The notes below the pieces were generated by a model. That model was given only the letters and a program-made list of their open reading frames with translations. It was not told where the DNA came from and searched no databases. The position numbers were made by a program, and so were the translations under genes. Of a stretch of 27,497 nt of DNA, positions 19,482 to 27,497 are shown piece after piece (the first letter of the stretch is position 1; every line of letters begins with the position of its first letter). This DNA is from Anaerolineales bacterium (GTDB lineage Bacteria; Chloroflexota; Anaerolineae; Anaerolineales; UBA4823): positions 1 through 27,497 of the forward strand of contig JADYYC010000210.1 in the NCBI GenBank assembly GCA_020853835.1, read 5' to 3'.

Positions 19482-20659
19482 ACCCCGAGCTACAAATGTT
19501 CGTTCAAAACGAACTCAATACTTTGCGCGAGCAAAACACCTATAAAGAACGACGCTACCTGGAAAGCGAACAGGGACCCCGCGCAATTTTAAACGGCAAG
19601 CGAGTGGTGATGCTTTGCACCAATAATTACTTAGGCCTGGCAAATCACCCACGCGTAAAAGAAAAAGCTATCCAGGCGGTGAAGGATTATGGTTGTGGAA
19701 CAGCATCGGTGCCGGAAGTGTGCGGATTAACCGACTTACACGCCGAGTTGTGCCGCCGCGTCGCTGCGTTTTCAAACACAGAAGATGCGCTTTTGTACTC
19801 GTCTTGCTCAACCGCCAATATGGGCGTGGTCGGTGCATTGGCTGGCGAAGGCGATGTTATCATCAGCGACCAGTATAACCATGCCAGCATCATTGATGGT
19901 TGCCGCTTGAGCAAGGCGCGCACAGTAGTCTTTCCACACAATGACATGAATCGCCTGGAGCAAGTTCTACGTGACGAGAGCAGCGCTCGGCTTCGAATGA
20001 TCGTGGTCGATGGCGTGTTCAGCATGGAGGGAGATGCTGCGCCCTTGGATCAGATCGTCTCCCTGGCAGAGAAATATCATGCGTTTACAGTGGTCGACGA
20101 ATCGCACGCAGCGGGGGTTTTAGGCGCTCGCGGAGCTGGCACAGTCGAACATTACCGCCTACAAGGAAAAGTTGACGTGTTAACCGGAACGTTCGGGAAA
20201 GCCCTTGGGGGCGCGGGGGGTGGTTACGCTTGCGCCTCGCGCGAGGTAATCGATTACCTGTATCACCGTTCGCGCACGTTCATCTTCTCGAACACGATGC
20301 CGCCTTCGGTGATCGCGACCGCTTTGGCTGCCCTGGATGTACTCGCAGAAGAGCCGCAGCTTTTGAAAAAACTCTGGGAAAATGAACGGTACTTCCGGTC
20401 GCGCCTGGAAGCCACTGGTTTGAAAGTCGGCGGTGGAGAAGCGGCAATTCTCCCGATTCTGATCGGAGATCATCAAAAAGCTTATGCCTTGAGCCGCGCA
20501 TTGTTGGAAGAAGGAGTATTCATCACTGCTGTTGGCTTTCCAGTCGTTGCCAAGGGCCAGGCCAGGTTGCGCGCACAGGTATCTGCAGCGCACACGAAAG
20601 AAGACCTGGATGCGGTAACTATCATTCAAGACACCGCGGCAAAACTGGGTATTATCTAA
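19478..20659 (+). CDS. PLP-dependent alpha-oxoamine synthase family, Kbl (glycine C-acetyltransferase)-like
   Basis: LCTNNYLGLANHP, SDQYNHASIIDG, VDGVFSMEG, DESHA, PLP-lysine motif GTFGKALGG and ARLRAQVSAAH. The symbol kbl is withheld because the SVRFI loop is altered. Confidence 0.9.
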   Translation: MNPELQMFVQNELNTLREQNTYKERRYLESEQGPRAILNGKRVVMLCTNNYLGLANHPRVKEKAIQAVKDYGCGTASVPEVCGLTDLHAELCRRVAAFSNTEDALLYSSCSTANMGVVGALAGEGDVIISDQYNHASIIDGCRLSKARTVVFPHNDMNRLEQVLRDESSARLRMIVVDGVFSMEGDAAPLDQIVSLAEKYHAFTVVDESHAAGVLGARGAGTVEHYRLQGKVDVLTGTFGKALGGAGGGYACASREVIDYLYHRSRTFIFSNTMPPSVIATALAALDVLAEEPQLLKKLWENERYFRSRLEATGLKVGGGEAAILPILIGDHQKAYALSRALLEEGVFITAVGFPVVAKGQARLRAQVSAAHTKEDLDAVTIIQDTAAKLGII

Positions 20660-20668
20660 GAGGGATGG

Positions 20669-21319
20669 ATGGATAATAAAATCTCGAGTGAAAGTGGTGT
20701 TCCCTCGATTGCAGAACAAGTGCGATTAAGGCTAAGAGCCGATATTTACAGCATGGTTCTCAAACCAGGTCAGCCCATAATAGAAGCTGAGATTGCCCGG
20801 CGGTTCAAAATCAGCCGTACGCCTGTGCGGGAAGCGATCAAAGGGCTGGAAGCAGAGGGGCTGATAGTGTCTTATCCAGGGCGAGGTTCTCAAGTCAGCG
20901 AAATATCGATGAGAGACCAACTGGAAGCGCTGGAGGTGCGCGAGCTGCTTGAGCCCTATATGGCGCGCAAAGCAGCGGCAAATTTCACAGACAGCATCGG
21001 AGTACAGATCCAGGAACTCCTGCATGAATTAGAGGCTGGGCCCGATCAACCAAGCGAAATGGCCGATCGGATCGATTTCGATTTTAAAATCCACGACCTC
21101 ATTTGGCGCGCTTGCGGGAATGATGTTATGCACTCGATCATGCTGTCGATGTATTACCGGGTGAAACGTACCTATCCGCTATTGAAACGCTACAAGATCA
21201 CTAAAGATGAACATCGCCTGATCTTGGAGTCAATTCAAAATCAAGATGAAGAACAGGCCGAGGCGCTTATGCGTGAACACGTCCGCGGCCTCCGGCTAGA
21301 GTTTGTCAGGATTTTTTAA
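20669..21319 (+). CDS. GntR family regulator, FadR subfamily (FCD domain)
   Basis: wHTH LKPGQPIIEAEIARRFKISRTPVREAIKGLEAEGL. FCD features are EVRELLE, DFKIH...CGN and EH..I......D...AE..MREH. Confidence 0.95.
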   Translation: MDNKISSESGVPSIAEQVRLRLRADIYSMVLKPGQPIIEAEIARRFKISRTPVREAIKGLEAEGLIVSYPGRGSQVSEISMRDQLEALEVRELLEPYMARKAAANFTDSIGVQIQELLHELEAGPDQPSEMADRIDFDFKIHDLIWRACGNDVMHSIMLSMYYRVKRTYPLLKRYKITKDEHRLILESIQNQDEEQAEALMREHVRGLRLEFVRIF

Positions 21320-21332
21320 CCGTTGTAACGCG

Positions 21333-21361
21333 CCAGTTAACATCCGGTTACTGGTTTGTTT
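21333..21361 (+). terminator. Weak intrinsic terminator-like hairpin after gntR
   Basis: CCAG(T)TAAC-atccg-GTTACTGG followed by TTTGTTT. Confidence 0.4.
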
Positions 21362-21420
21362 CTGCTCGTGATCAAGATGAAACACCCAATTCTTACACTA
21401 CGTAACATCGGAGGATAATT

Positions 21421-22194
21421 ATGAAAACTTTACTTATGGAGGAAATGACCTCCCGCGAAATCAAGCAGGCTATTGCCGATGGTTACACAACCGTAATCGT
21501 TGCCGCTGGATCGATCGAGCAGCACGGGCCGCACCTGCCCATCGGCACCGATTATATGCTCGGCACCACAGGCGCGTTGGAGATCGCAGAAGGTCTGGGG
21601 CATACCCTGGTAGCTCCAACTATTCGCCCGGGCTGTTCAGACCACCACATGCCGTTCTCTGGAACCATCACGATTTCAACAGAACTCTTAAAAGAGCTGT
21701 GTCGAGCATACTGCCGTAGCCTGGCAAAACATGGATTTACACGCATCGTCTTATTAGCGACGCACGGCGGAAATATCGAACCAATGGCTGAAGTCGCTCC
21801 GGAAATCGCGGCAGAGCTGGGTTGTACCGTCGTCTCGCCGCTTATCCTGGGAACCCCGGAAACAATGGGCTGTATGAGACCCTTGATTGAGGCGCATGGT
21901 TTGACTGAAGATGAAAGCGGCATCCACGCCGGGTTCATCGAGACTTGCGAGATGTTGGCCAGCCCATTTGCCCACCTGGTAGAGATGGAACACGCCGAGC
22001 GTGGCTTCACCGGCAACCCCTTTGAGGCGATCGAAAAAGTCAAGGTGGATGGACACTGGAAAATGACGGACATCTCTCCGAACGGGATTCTGGGTGATCC
22101 ACGCAAAGCCAGCGTTGAGGCTGGTAGGGAGCTTAGCCGGATTGCAACCCCGGTGTATGTAAAGATTGTTGCCCAGGCGTTAGGCGATGCCTAG
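21421..22194 (+). CDS. Creatininase (creatinine amidohydrolase) family protein
   Basis: GSIEQHGPHLPIGTD, SDHH, THGGN and HAGFIET retain the E/H/D/H/E metal ligands. RBS GGAGG. Confidence 0.92.
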   Translation: MKTLLMEEMTSREIKQAIADGYTTVIVAAGSIEQHGPHLPIGTDYMLGTTGALEIAEGLGHTLVAPTIRPGCSDHHMPFSGTITISTELLKELCRAYCRSLAKHGFTRIVLLATHGGNIEPMAEVAPEIAAELGCTVVSPLILGTPETMGCMRPLIEAHGLTEDESGIHAGFIETCEMLASPFAHLVEMEHAERGFTGNPFEAIEKVKVDGHWKMTDISPNGILGDPRKASVEAGRELSRIATPVYVKIVAQALGDA

Positions 22195-24301
22195 AAGGGG
22201 CACTTTCGGTCTGGAATCGTTGTTTTATGCCCGCTCTATCGCTTTAATCGGAGCATCAAACAACCCACGGAAAGCTTCAAACCAGGTCATATCCACATTG
22301 CTTGAAAAAGGGTACTCAGGTAAAGTTTATCCGGTGAACCCTAACGAGGAAAAGGTACTGGGCCTGAGATGTTATCCGGCTGTTGAGGAAATCGCAGACC
22401 CAATCGACTTAGTCGTGATCAGTTTACCGGCAGAGGCGGTAATACCTGCAATCGAAGGGATTGCGCGGCGAGGTGATGTATATGGCGTTGTAGTCTTATC
22501 AGCAGGGTTTGCTGAGACAGCCATCCCTGAGCGGGTTGCACTGGAAACGAAAATTATAGAAATATCGCGTTTGGCTGGCATGCGCGTGGTGGGCCCAAAC
22601 TGTGTCGGATTACTATGCACTGACAACCGTTTAACAACTGGATTCATCCCTGGCCTAAAGATGGAAAAGGGAAGCCTGGGCTTTATCACTCAAAGTGGTG
22701 CGTTTGGCGGTGCGTTTTTGATGCTGGCTAGCGACCAGCCCAAACCTTTGGGCTTTAATAAGTTCGGACATGTGGGCAATATGGCTGATGTCTCGAACTT
22801 AGATCTGCTGAAATATTTCGGTTCCGATCCGGAAATAAATGCGATCTCGATGTACATGGAAAGCGCACCGGATGGACGAAAGTTGATGACGATGTTGGAA
22901 GACATTTCCAGGCGCAAACCGGTTTTTGTCTTGAAGGTTGGTCGCACACCGATCGGATCGCGCGCGACGTTATCACACACGGGTGCGCTGGCCGGTTCGG
23001 ACCAGGTTTACTCAGCCGCGTTCAAACAAGCGGGCGCGGTGCGCGTCGAAACCCTCGAAGAGCTCCTTGACGCCAGCAAAGCTACAACTATGATGCCCAG
23101 GCCGGGCGGTCGACACATCGCAGTGCTTACCGAAGCGGGAGGCCCCGGAATAATTGCGATGGATGAAATCGGTCGAGACAAGAGCTTACAGATGGCCCAC
23201 CTCGCTCCAGAGACGCGCAGAAAGCTCGAACACTGTCTACCACCGATGGCGATGATATGCAAACCTGAAGGCTATGTGGATATGACTGCTTCAGCAATGG
23301 AAAAAGAGCATGCCGAAGCTTTGGATGCGATACTGGCGGATCCTGGGGTGGATTCTGCCGTTTTAATCAGCCTGCCCCCGACGTTTCTACCCGCTATTGA
23401 TGTCGCTAAAGCAATAACTGAAGTCATCCATCATCATCAAAAACCGGTGGCCGTTTGTTTTATGCGCGGTGAGGCTATGATGGACGCGCGGTGCTATCTC
23501 GAAGGAAATGGTATTGCCACATTCGAATCTCCACAACGGGCTGCGCGTGCGCTTATTAACCTAACAGCCGCAGCAGGTTTCATAAACCGATCGGCCCAAT
23601 CGCTCGATGTCTATAGACAAAAGGGTCCGGTGCAAAAACGGCTGAATTCAGCTGCTCCGATAACTGAGCCCGAAGCAGTTCAGTTGCTTGCTGAATATGA
23701 AATACCTTACCCCGCGCACCGGTTTACAACTAATCTTCGAGAAGCCGAAGAAGCAGCCAGTGAGATCGGTTACCCTGTGGTGATCAAAGCTGTCTCGCAA
23801 GATATTGTACACAAAAGTGATCTAGGTGGGGTGGTGACGGCTATCAAGAGTGGTCAGATGCTGCGCAAAGCCTACCGCCAGATGAAGGCAGCCATTAAGG
23901 AAAAAGCTCCTGATGCTAGTTTACAGGGCATCTTGGTTTGCAAACAAGCAGAAGATGGCCTGGAAGTGATCGTCGGCGTCAAACGCGATCCCGCATTTGG
24001 ACCCGTTGTCCTTTTCGGTCTAGGTGGAATTTTTACCGAGGTTCTGCAAGATACCGCGTTACGAATTGTCCCCTTCAGCAAAGATGAGGCGCTGAAGATG
24101 ATTAACGAAACTCGCGCCTCATTGCTGCTAAAAGGATCTCGAGGTTTTCCTGCGGTCGATGTTGAGTTGCTAGCCAGATTATTGGAATCAGTTTCTCAGT
24201 TGGCGATCGAACACACCGAGATAGCCGAACTAGACCTGAACCCGGTTCGCCTCTATCAAGATGATCTCATTGTTCTAGATGTGCGCGCAATCCTGGCATA
24301 A
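22187..24301 (+). CDS. ADP-forming acetate/acyl-CoA ligase, fused alpha-beta form
   Basis: CoA-binding domain (SIALIGAS, YPVNP, GFAE, GPNCVG, QSGA) and phospho-His loop SHTGALAG. ATP-grasp features are IGYPVVIKAVS, HKSDLGGV, DPAFGPVVLFGLGG and ELDLNP. Overlaps the creatininase stop by 8 nt. Confidence 0.93.
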   Translation: MPRRGTFGLESLFYARSIALIGASNNPRKASNQVISTLLEKGYSGKVYPVNPNEEKVLGLRCYPAVEEIADPIDLVVISLPAEAVIPAIEGIARRGDVYGVVVLSAGFAETAIPERVALETKIIEISRLAGMRVVGPNCVGLLCTDNRLTTGFIPGLKMEKGSLGFITQSGAFGGAFLMLASDQPKPLGFNKFGHVGNMADVSNLDLLKYFGSDPEINAISMYMESAPDGRKLMTMLEDISRRKPVFVLKVGRTPIGSRATLSHTGALAGSDQVYSAAFKQAGAVRVETLEELLDASKATTMMPRPGGRHIAVLTEAGGPGIIAMDEIGRDKSLQMAHLAPETRRKLEHCLPPMAMICKPEGYVDMTASAMEKEHAEALDAILADPGVDSAVLISLPPTFLPAIDVAKAITEVIHHHQKPVAVCFMRGEAMMDARCYLEGNGIATFESPQRAARALINLTAAAGFINRSAQSLDVYRQKGPVQKRLNSAAPITEPEAVQLLAEYEIPYPAHRFTTNLREAEEAASEIGYPVVIKAVSQDIVHKSDLGGVVTAIKSGQMLRKAYRQMKAAIKEKAPDASLQGILVCKQAEDGLEVIVGVKRDPAFGPVVLFGLGGIFTEVLQDTALRIVPFSKDEALKMINETRASLLLKGSRGFPAVDVELLARLLESVSQLAIEHTEIAELDLNPVRLYQDDLIVLDVRAILA

Positions 24302-24349
24302 CAGACGGGTACAAAAGACGAGACTGTTTTATAGCTTACAGGGAACTAG

Positions 24350-26434
24350 ATGAACCTATCACAAAATCTAAATGAGCACACGCCACTGCTCGCTGTGGAC
24401 GATCTTAGAACTTATTTTACGAGCGATGATGGCTGTGTTAAAGCGGTGGACGGTGTGGATATTGAAGTCTATCCCGGCGAGGTGTTGGGATTAGTTGGTG
24501 AGTCGGGATGCGGAAAGACGGTCACATCTTATTCAATTCTGCGGTTGGTCCGCCGTCCAGGACGCATCGTTGGAGGTGCAGTTGAATTCGAGGCTAAGAG
24601 CCTGCTGAACCTGTCAGAGCGCGAGATGACCCAGTTACGGGGTGAACAAATCTCGATGATTTTTCAGCAGCCGCAAACCAGCCTGGATCCAGTTTATCCA
24701 GTTGGAGATCAAATCAGTGAAGTCTTCCAAAAACACCGAAAGTTGAGCAAAAGAGAATCCTGGAAGAAGGCTGTTGAACTTCTCCGCATGGTCGGTATTC
24801 CTGACCCAGAGAGTAAGGTTCATGCTTATCCATTTGAAATGTCAGGAGGTCAAGCGCAGCGGGTGATGATCGCCATGGCGCTAGCGCTGAACCCTAAGTT
24901 GTTAGTTGCTGATGAACCAACAACCGCGCTGGATGTGACTATCCAAGCGCAAATACTCGATCTTCTGCGCGATCTTAAAAGCCGCTTTGGCACCTCGGTG
25001 ATTTTGATCACCCATGATCTGGGAGTGATCGCCGAAATGGCCGATCGAGTTGCTGTAATGTATGCCGGGTTGATAGTTGAGCAAGCCAATGTCGGTCAGA
25101 TCTTCGATACACCATTACACCCATATACCCAGGGTTTAATCGCGTCTACCCCTAAGTTAGGAGAAAAGAAAGAACGGCTGGAGGTAATCCCTGGAAATGT
25201 CCCTAATCTAATTAACCTACCTGTGGGTTGCAGCTTTGCACCGCGTTGTCGGGCTCGCGTGATCAATAATTTGTCGATCTGCGAAGAGCAGATGCCGGAC
25301 TTAGTCGAGGTTGAGCCCGGTCAACAGGTTCGCTGCTGGCTCTATTCGAACAGAAAAAACAGATCGCCTATTCTCAAGGGAAGTGATGAGAAGGCTATAG
25401 CCTTAAGTGTAATCGAGCAGGCCGAGAACCAAATAGAGAACCCAAGACAGGGGCTAGGCGATAAAGATAGCAACCAATTGCTACAGGTCAAACAACTGAC
25501 TAAATATTTCCCGGTGCGCAGCGGCTTGTTCAAACGTGCAACGGCCTGGGTACAAGCCGTAGACGGTATTGATTTCAGTATTCGAGCAGGCGAAACCATG
25601 GGGTTGGTTGGCGAATCGGGCTGTGGGAAGACGACAGTTGGTCGAACGATTTTACGACTTGAAGACCCGACGGCAGGGACAGTGTATTACCAAGGCGCAA
25701 ACATCTTCCGCTATCGAGGTGACGAGCTAAAGCGAATACGACGCGAGATGCAAATCATTTTCCAAGACCCGTATTCTTCCCTCAATCCGCGCCAGACAGT
25801 TGGCGAATCAATTGGCCTGGGATTGGATATCCATAATATTGGGAAAAAGTCGGAACGCTTTGGTCGTGTTCTCGAGATCATGAAGACAGTTGGGCTGGAA
25901 GAATATCATGCACGACGCTACCCTCATGAATTTTCAGGCGGTCAGCGCCAGCGGATTGGCATTGCCCGAGCGCTCATCTTGCAGCCACGCCTAATAATTT
26001 GTGACGAGCCTGTATCGGCATTGGATATGTCATTCCAGTCACAAGTGCTCAATCTGCTCAAAGATCTGCAAATTGAGTTTGGATTAACGTATTTATTCAT
26101 TACCCATAATCTATCGGTCGTGGAGCACGTTTCTGACCGAGTAGCCGTCATGTATTTAGGAAAGATTGTCGAACTCTCGCCATCAGACGAATTGTTTAGC
26201 AATCCAATTCATCCTTACACCCAGGCTTTGCTATCCGCCATCCCGATCCCGAAAGCGCGCCCAGAGCGCACAAGGATGATTCTAAGAGGCGATGTCCCAA
26301 GTCCACTAAACCCACCAAAAGGCTGTCGCTTCCACCCGCGTTGTCCGGTGGCAATGGAGATATGTGCACACCAGGAGCCGACCTTCAAAGAAAGAACGCC
26401 AGGACATTATGCGGCTTGTTGGCTTGGGGATTGA
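24350..26434 (+). CDS. Fused DppD-DppF (double) ABC ATPase
   Basis: Two GESGCGKT Walker A motifs, signatures MSGGQ and FSGGQ, and Walker B ADEP and CDEP. Each half ends in the HPYT...GCxFxPRC...C...C extension. Confidence 0.95.
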   Translation: MNLSQNLNEHTPLLAVDDLRTYFTSDDGCVKAVDGVDIEVYPGEVLGLVGESGCGKTVTSYSILRLVRRPGRIVGGAVEFEAKSLLNLSEREMTQLRGEQISMIFQQPQTSLDPVYPVGDQISEVFQKHRKLSKRESWKKAVELLRMVGIPDPESKVHAYPFEMSGGQAQRVMIAMALALNPKLLVADEPTTALDVTIQAQILDLLRDLKSRFGTSVILITHDLGVIAEMADRVAVMYAGLIVEQANVGQIFDTPLHPYTQGLIASTPKLGEKKERLEVIPGNVPNLINLPVGCSFAPRCRARVINNLSICEEQMPDLVEVEPGQQVRCWLYSNRKNRSPILKGSDEKAIALSVIEQAENQIENPRQGLGDKDSNQLLQVKQLTKYFPVRSGLFKRATAWVQAVDGIDFSIRAGETMGLVGESGCGKTTVGRTILRLEDPTAGTVYYQGANIFRYRGDELKRIRREMQIIFQDPYSSLNPRQTVGESIGLGLDIHNIGKKSERFGRVLEIMKTVGLEEYHARRYPHEFSGGQRQRIGIARALILQPRLIICDEPVSALDMSFQSQVLNLLKDLQIEFGLTYLFITHNLSVVEHVSDRVAVMYLGKIVELSPSDELFSNPIHPYTQALLSAIPIPKARPERTRMILRGDVPSPLNPPKGCRFHPRCPVAMEICAHQEPTFKERTPGHYAACWLGD

Positions 26435-26464
26435 AGGGTATCAACAATTAATACTGGAAGTCAC

Positions 26465-26480
26465 CTAGCTCTGTTGACAC
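26465..26480. mobile_element. Right end of the IS5-like element
   Basis: CTAG followed by CTCTGTTGAC, which from memory resembles IS903-type ends (GGCTTTGTTG). The transposase TAG lies in the CTAG. The matching left end is not visible in the window. Confidence 0.5.
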
Positions 26481-27402
26481 CCAATAGTGGTAACTGCCAG
26501 TTGATTGGTTAGAAACACCCACGGCCTTAGGCGATAAATGTTGTAAGCCAACCTAAGCAGAAGCGCTTGCAGGCTCTGGGTTTCCAAGGAACAGCCGGGA
26601 GCTCTCGAAGAGAGCTTGCGTTTGACGATCGAGAAAACCGTCTCTCCCAAAGCTCGCTTGCGATAGAGCTCTGTCGGGAAGTGTTGCTGCATTTCGGCTC
26701 GCACACTTATGTTTTTTCCAACCGGCTTTGCCACATTTGGCCGGGATAATGCTGTGACAGTCATGGACTTGGCGAGTGTGGCAATGATTGCGTTCATTAT
26801 CAAATTCGGCATCTACCAGGGCTGTTCGGATAGAGAGTGCTTGACAAGCCGTGTCCACCAATGGACGCAACTGAGCACGATCATTGTAAGGTCCACGCTT
26901 GGCAAGTTGTGCTACGACCATCTGCTGGTCAATATCGACCACCACCCACTTGAGCCAATAGCGCCACAGCAGCCCGTCGCCGCGATCTTTGAGCTGCTTG
27001 ACAGAAAATATGCTGATGGCTCCGGGAGCTAACCTGGTTGCATCCACCGCCACCTTTGCCTGGAGACCTTCCGCAGACCCAGGAATTGTTTCAGGGTCTG
27101 GTTAAGGGCTTGCGCAGCATCTTCTTGTCCAGTCTGCGCGGAAAGCGATAGAAAGTCGTGTAGTCTGGCACGAGTTCCAACTCCAGGGCCTTGTGCAGCT
27201 CCTGATGTTCGGTCAAGTGTACTTCAGCTCCCCGAAAGGTTCAATCTTCGTAGCACATCAAGCACAGGATGGCCAGAAGCTGTGGCTGAGTGAAGATGTG
27301 CTTAGAGAAACGACTGCGATAGACCGGCATAGACGCCTTAGACACTTGGTGCGCATAGGTTGCGAAAACCACTAGTGGGTCGTTTGGCATGATGAGTGCC
27401 AT
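26465..27402 (-). pseudogene. Decayed IS5-like (DDE_Tnp_1) transposase
   Basis: Fragments read SRFSKHIFTQPQLLAILCLMCYED*TF...VPDYTTFYRF, VAVDAT, LVDAEFD and YRKRALGETVFSIVKRK. There is one nonsense codon (27241-27243) and apparent frameshifts near 27125, 27062 and 26705. The start position is approximate. Confidence 0.88.
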
Positions 27403-27497
27403 TTCTGCATTAGGGTTGGTCGACGGCGAACTGGACGGCGAGTGCACGCCCCGGAACCACCTAAGGCATGCCGACGCTGCCGGCTTCGTTGGCGGCG

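Noticed and set aside
12298-26202. Numerous 60-184 aa minus-strand ORFs across the catabolic cluster
   Set aside because: All overlap motif-supported + strand genes and show no motifs or RBS support.

Overview
The window has two halves. (1) 1-11.5 kb is a defence/mobile island. On the + strand it carries an excisionase-like HTH gene (open at the window edge), a deleted NERD-nuclease pseudogene missed by the ORF track, a class II Fic gene whose promoter is overlapped by a perfect 13-bp inverted repeat, and an HhH-GPD/[4Fe-4S] DNA glycosylase-like gene. These converge on an IS481-family stub and a tightly coupled minus-strand Type I restriction-modification operon (hsdM-hsdS-NucS-like nuclease-hsdR-M48 peptidase). 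(2) 11.7-26.4 kb is a co-oriented 12-gene catabolic cluster: D-aminoacylase-like amidohydrolase, family-5 ABC binding lipoprotein and two permeases, M24-fold hydrolase, TIM-barrel isomerase/epimerase, Kbl-like PLP enzyme, GntR/FadR regulator, creatininase-family enzyme, ADP-forming acyl-CoA synthetase and a fused DppD-DppF ATPase. It is preceded by four helically phased GntR-type boxes. I do not recognise this combination as a described pathway, and two of its enzymes have altered substrate-determining motifs. The window ends in a decayed IS5-like transposase. No rRNA, tRNA or CRISPR array was seen. All family calls come from motif recognition by eye; no searches were run. The lipoprotein style suggests a Chloroflexota (Anaerolineae-like) host, which is an inference only.
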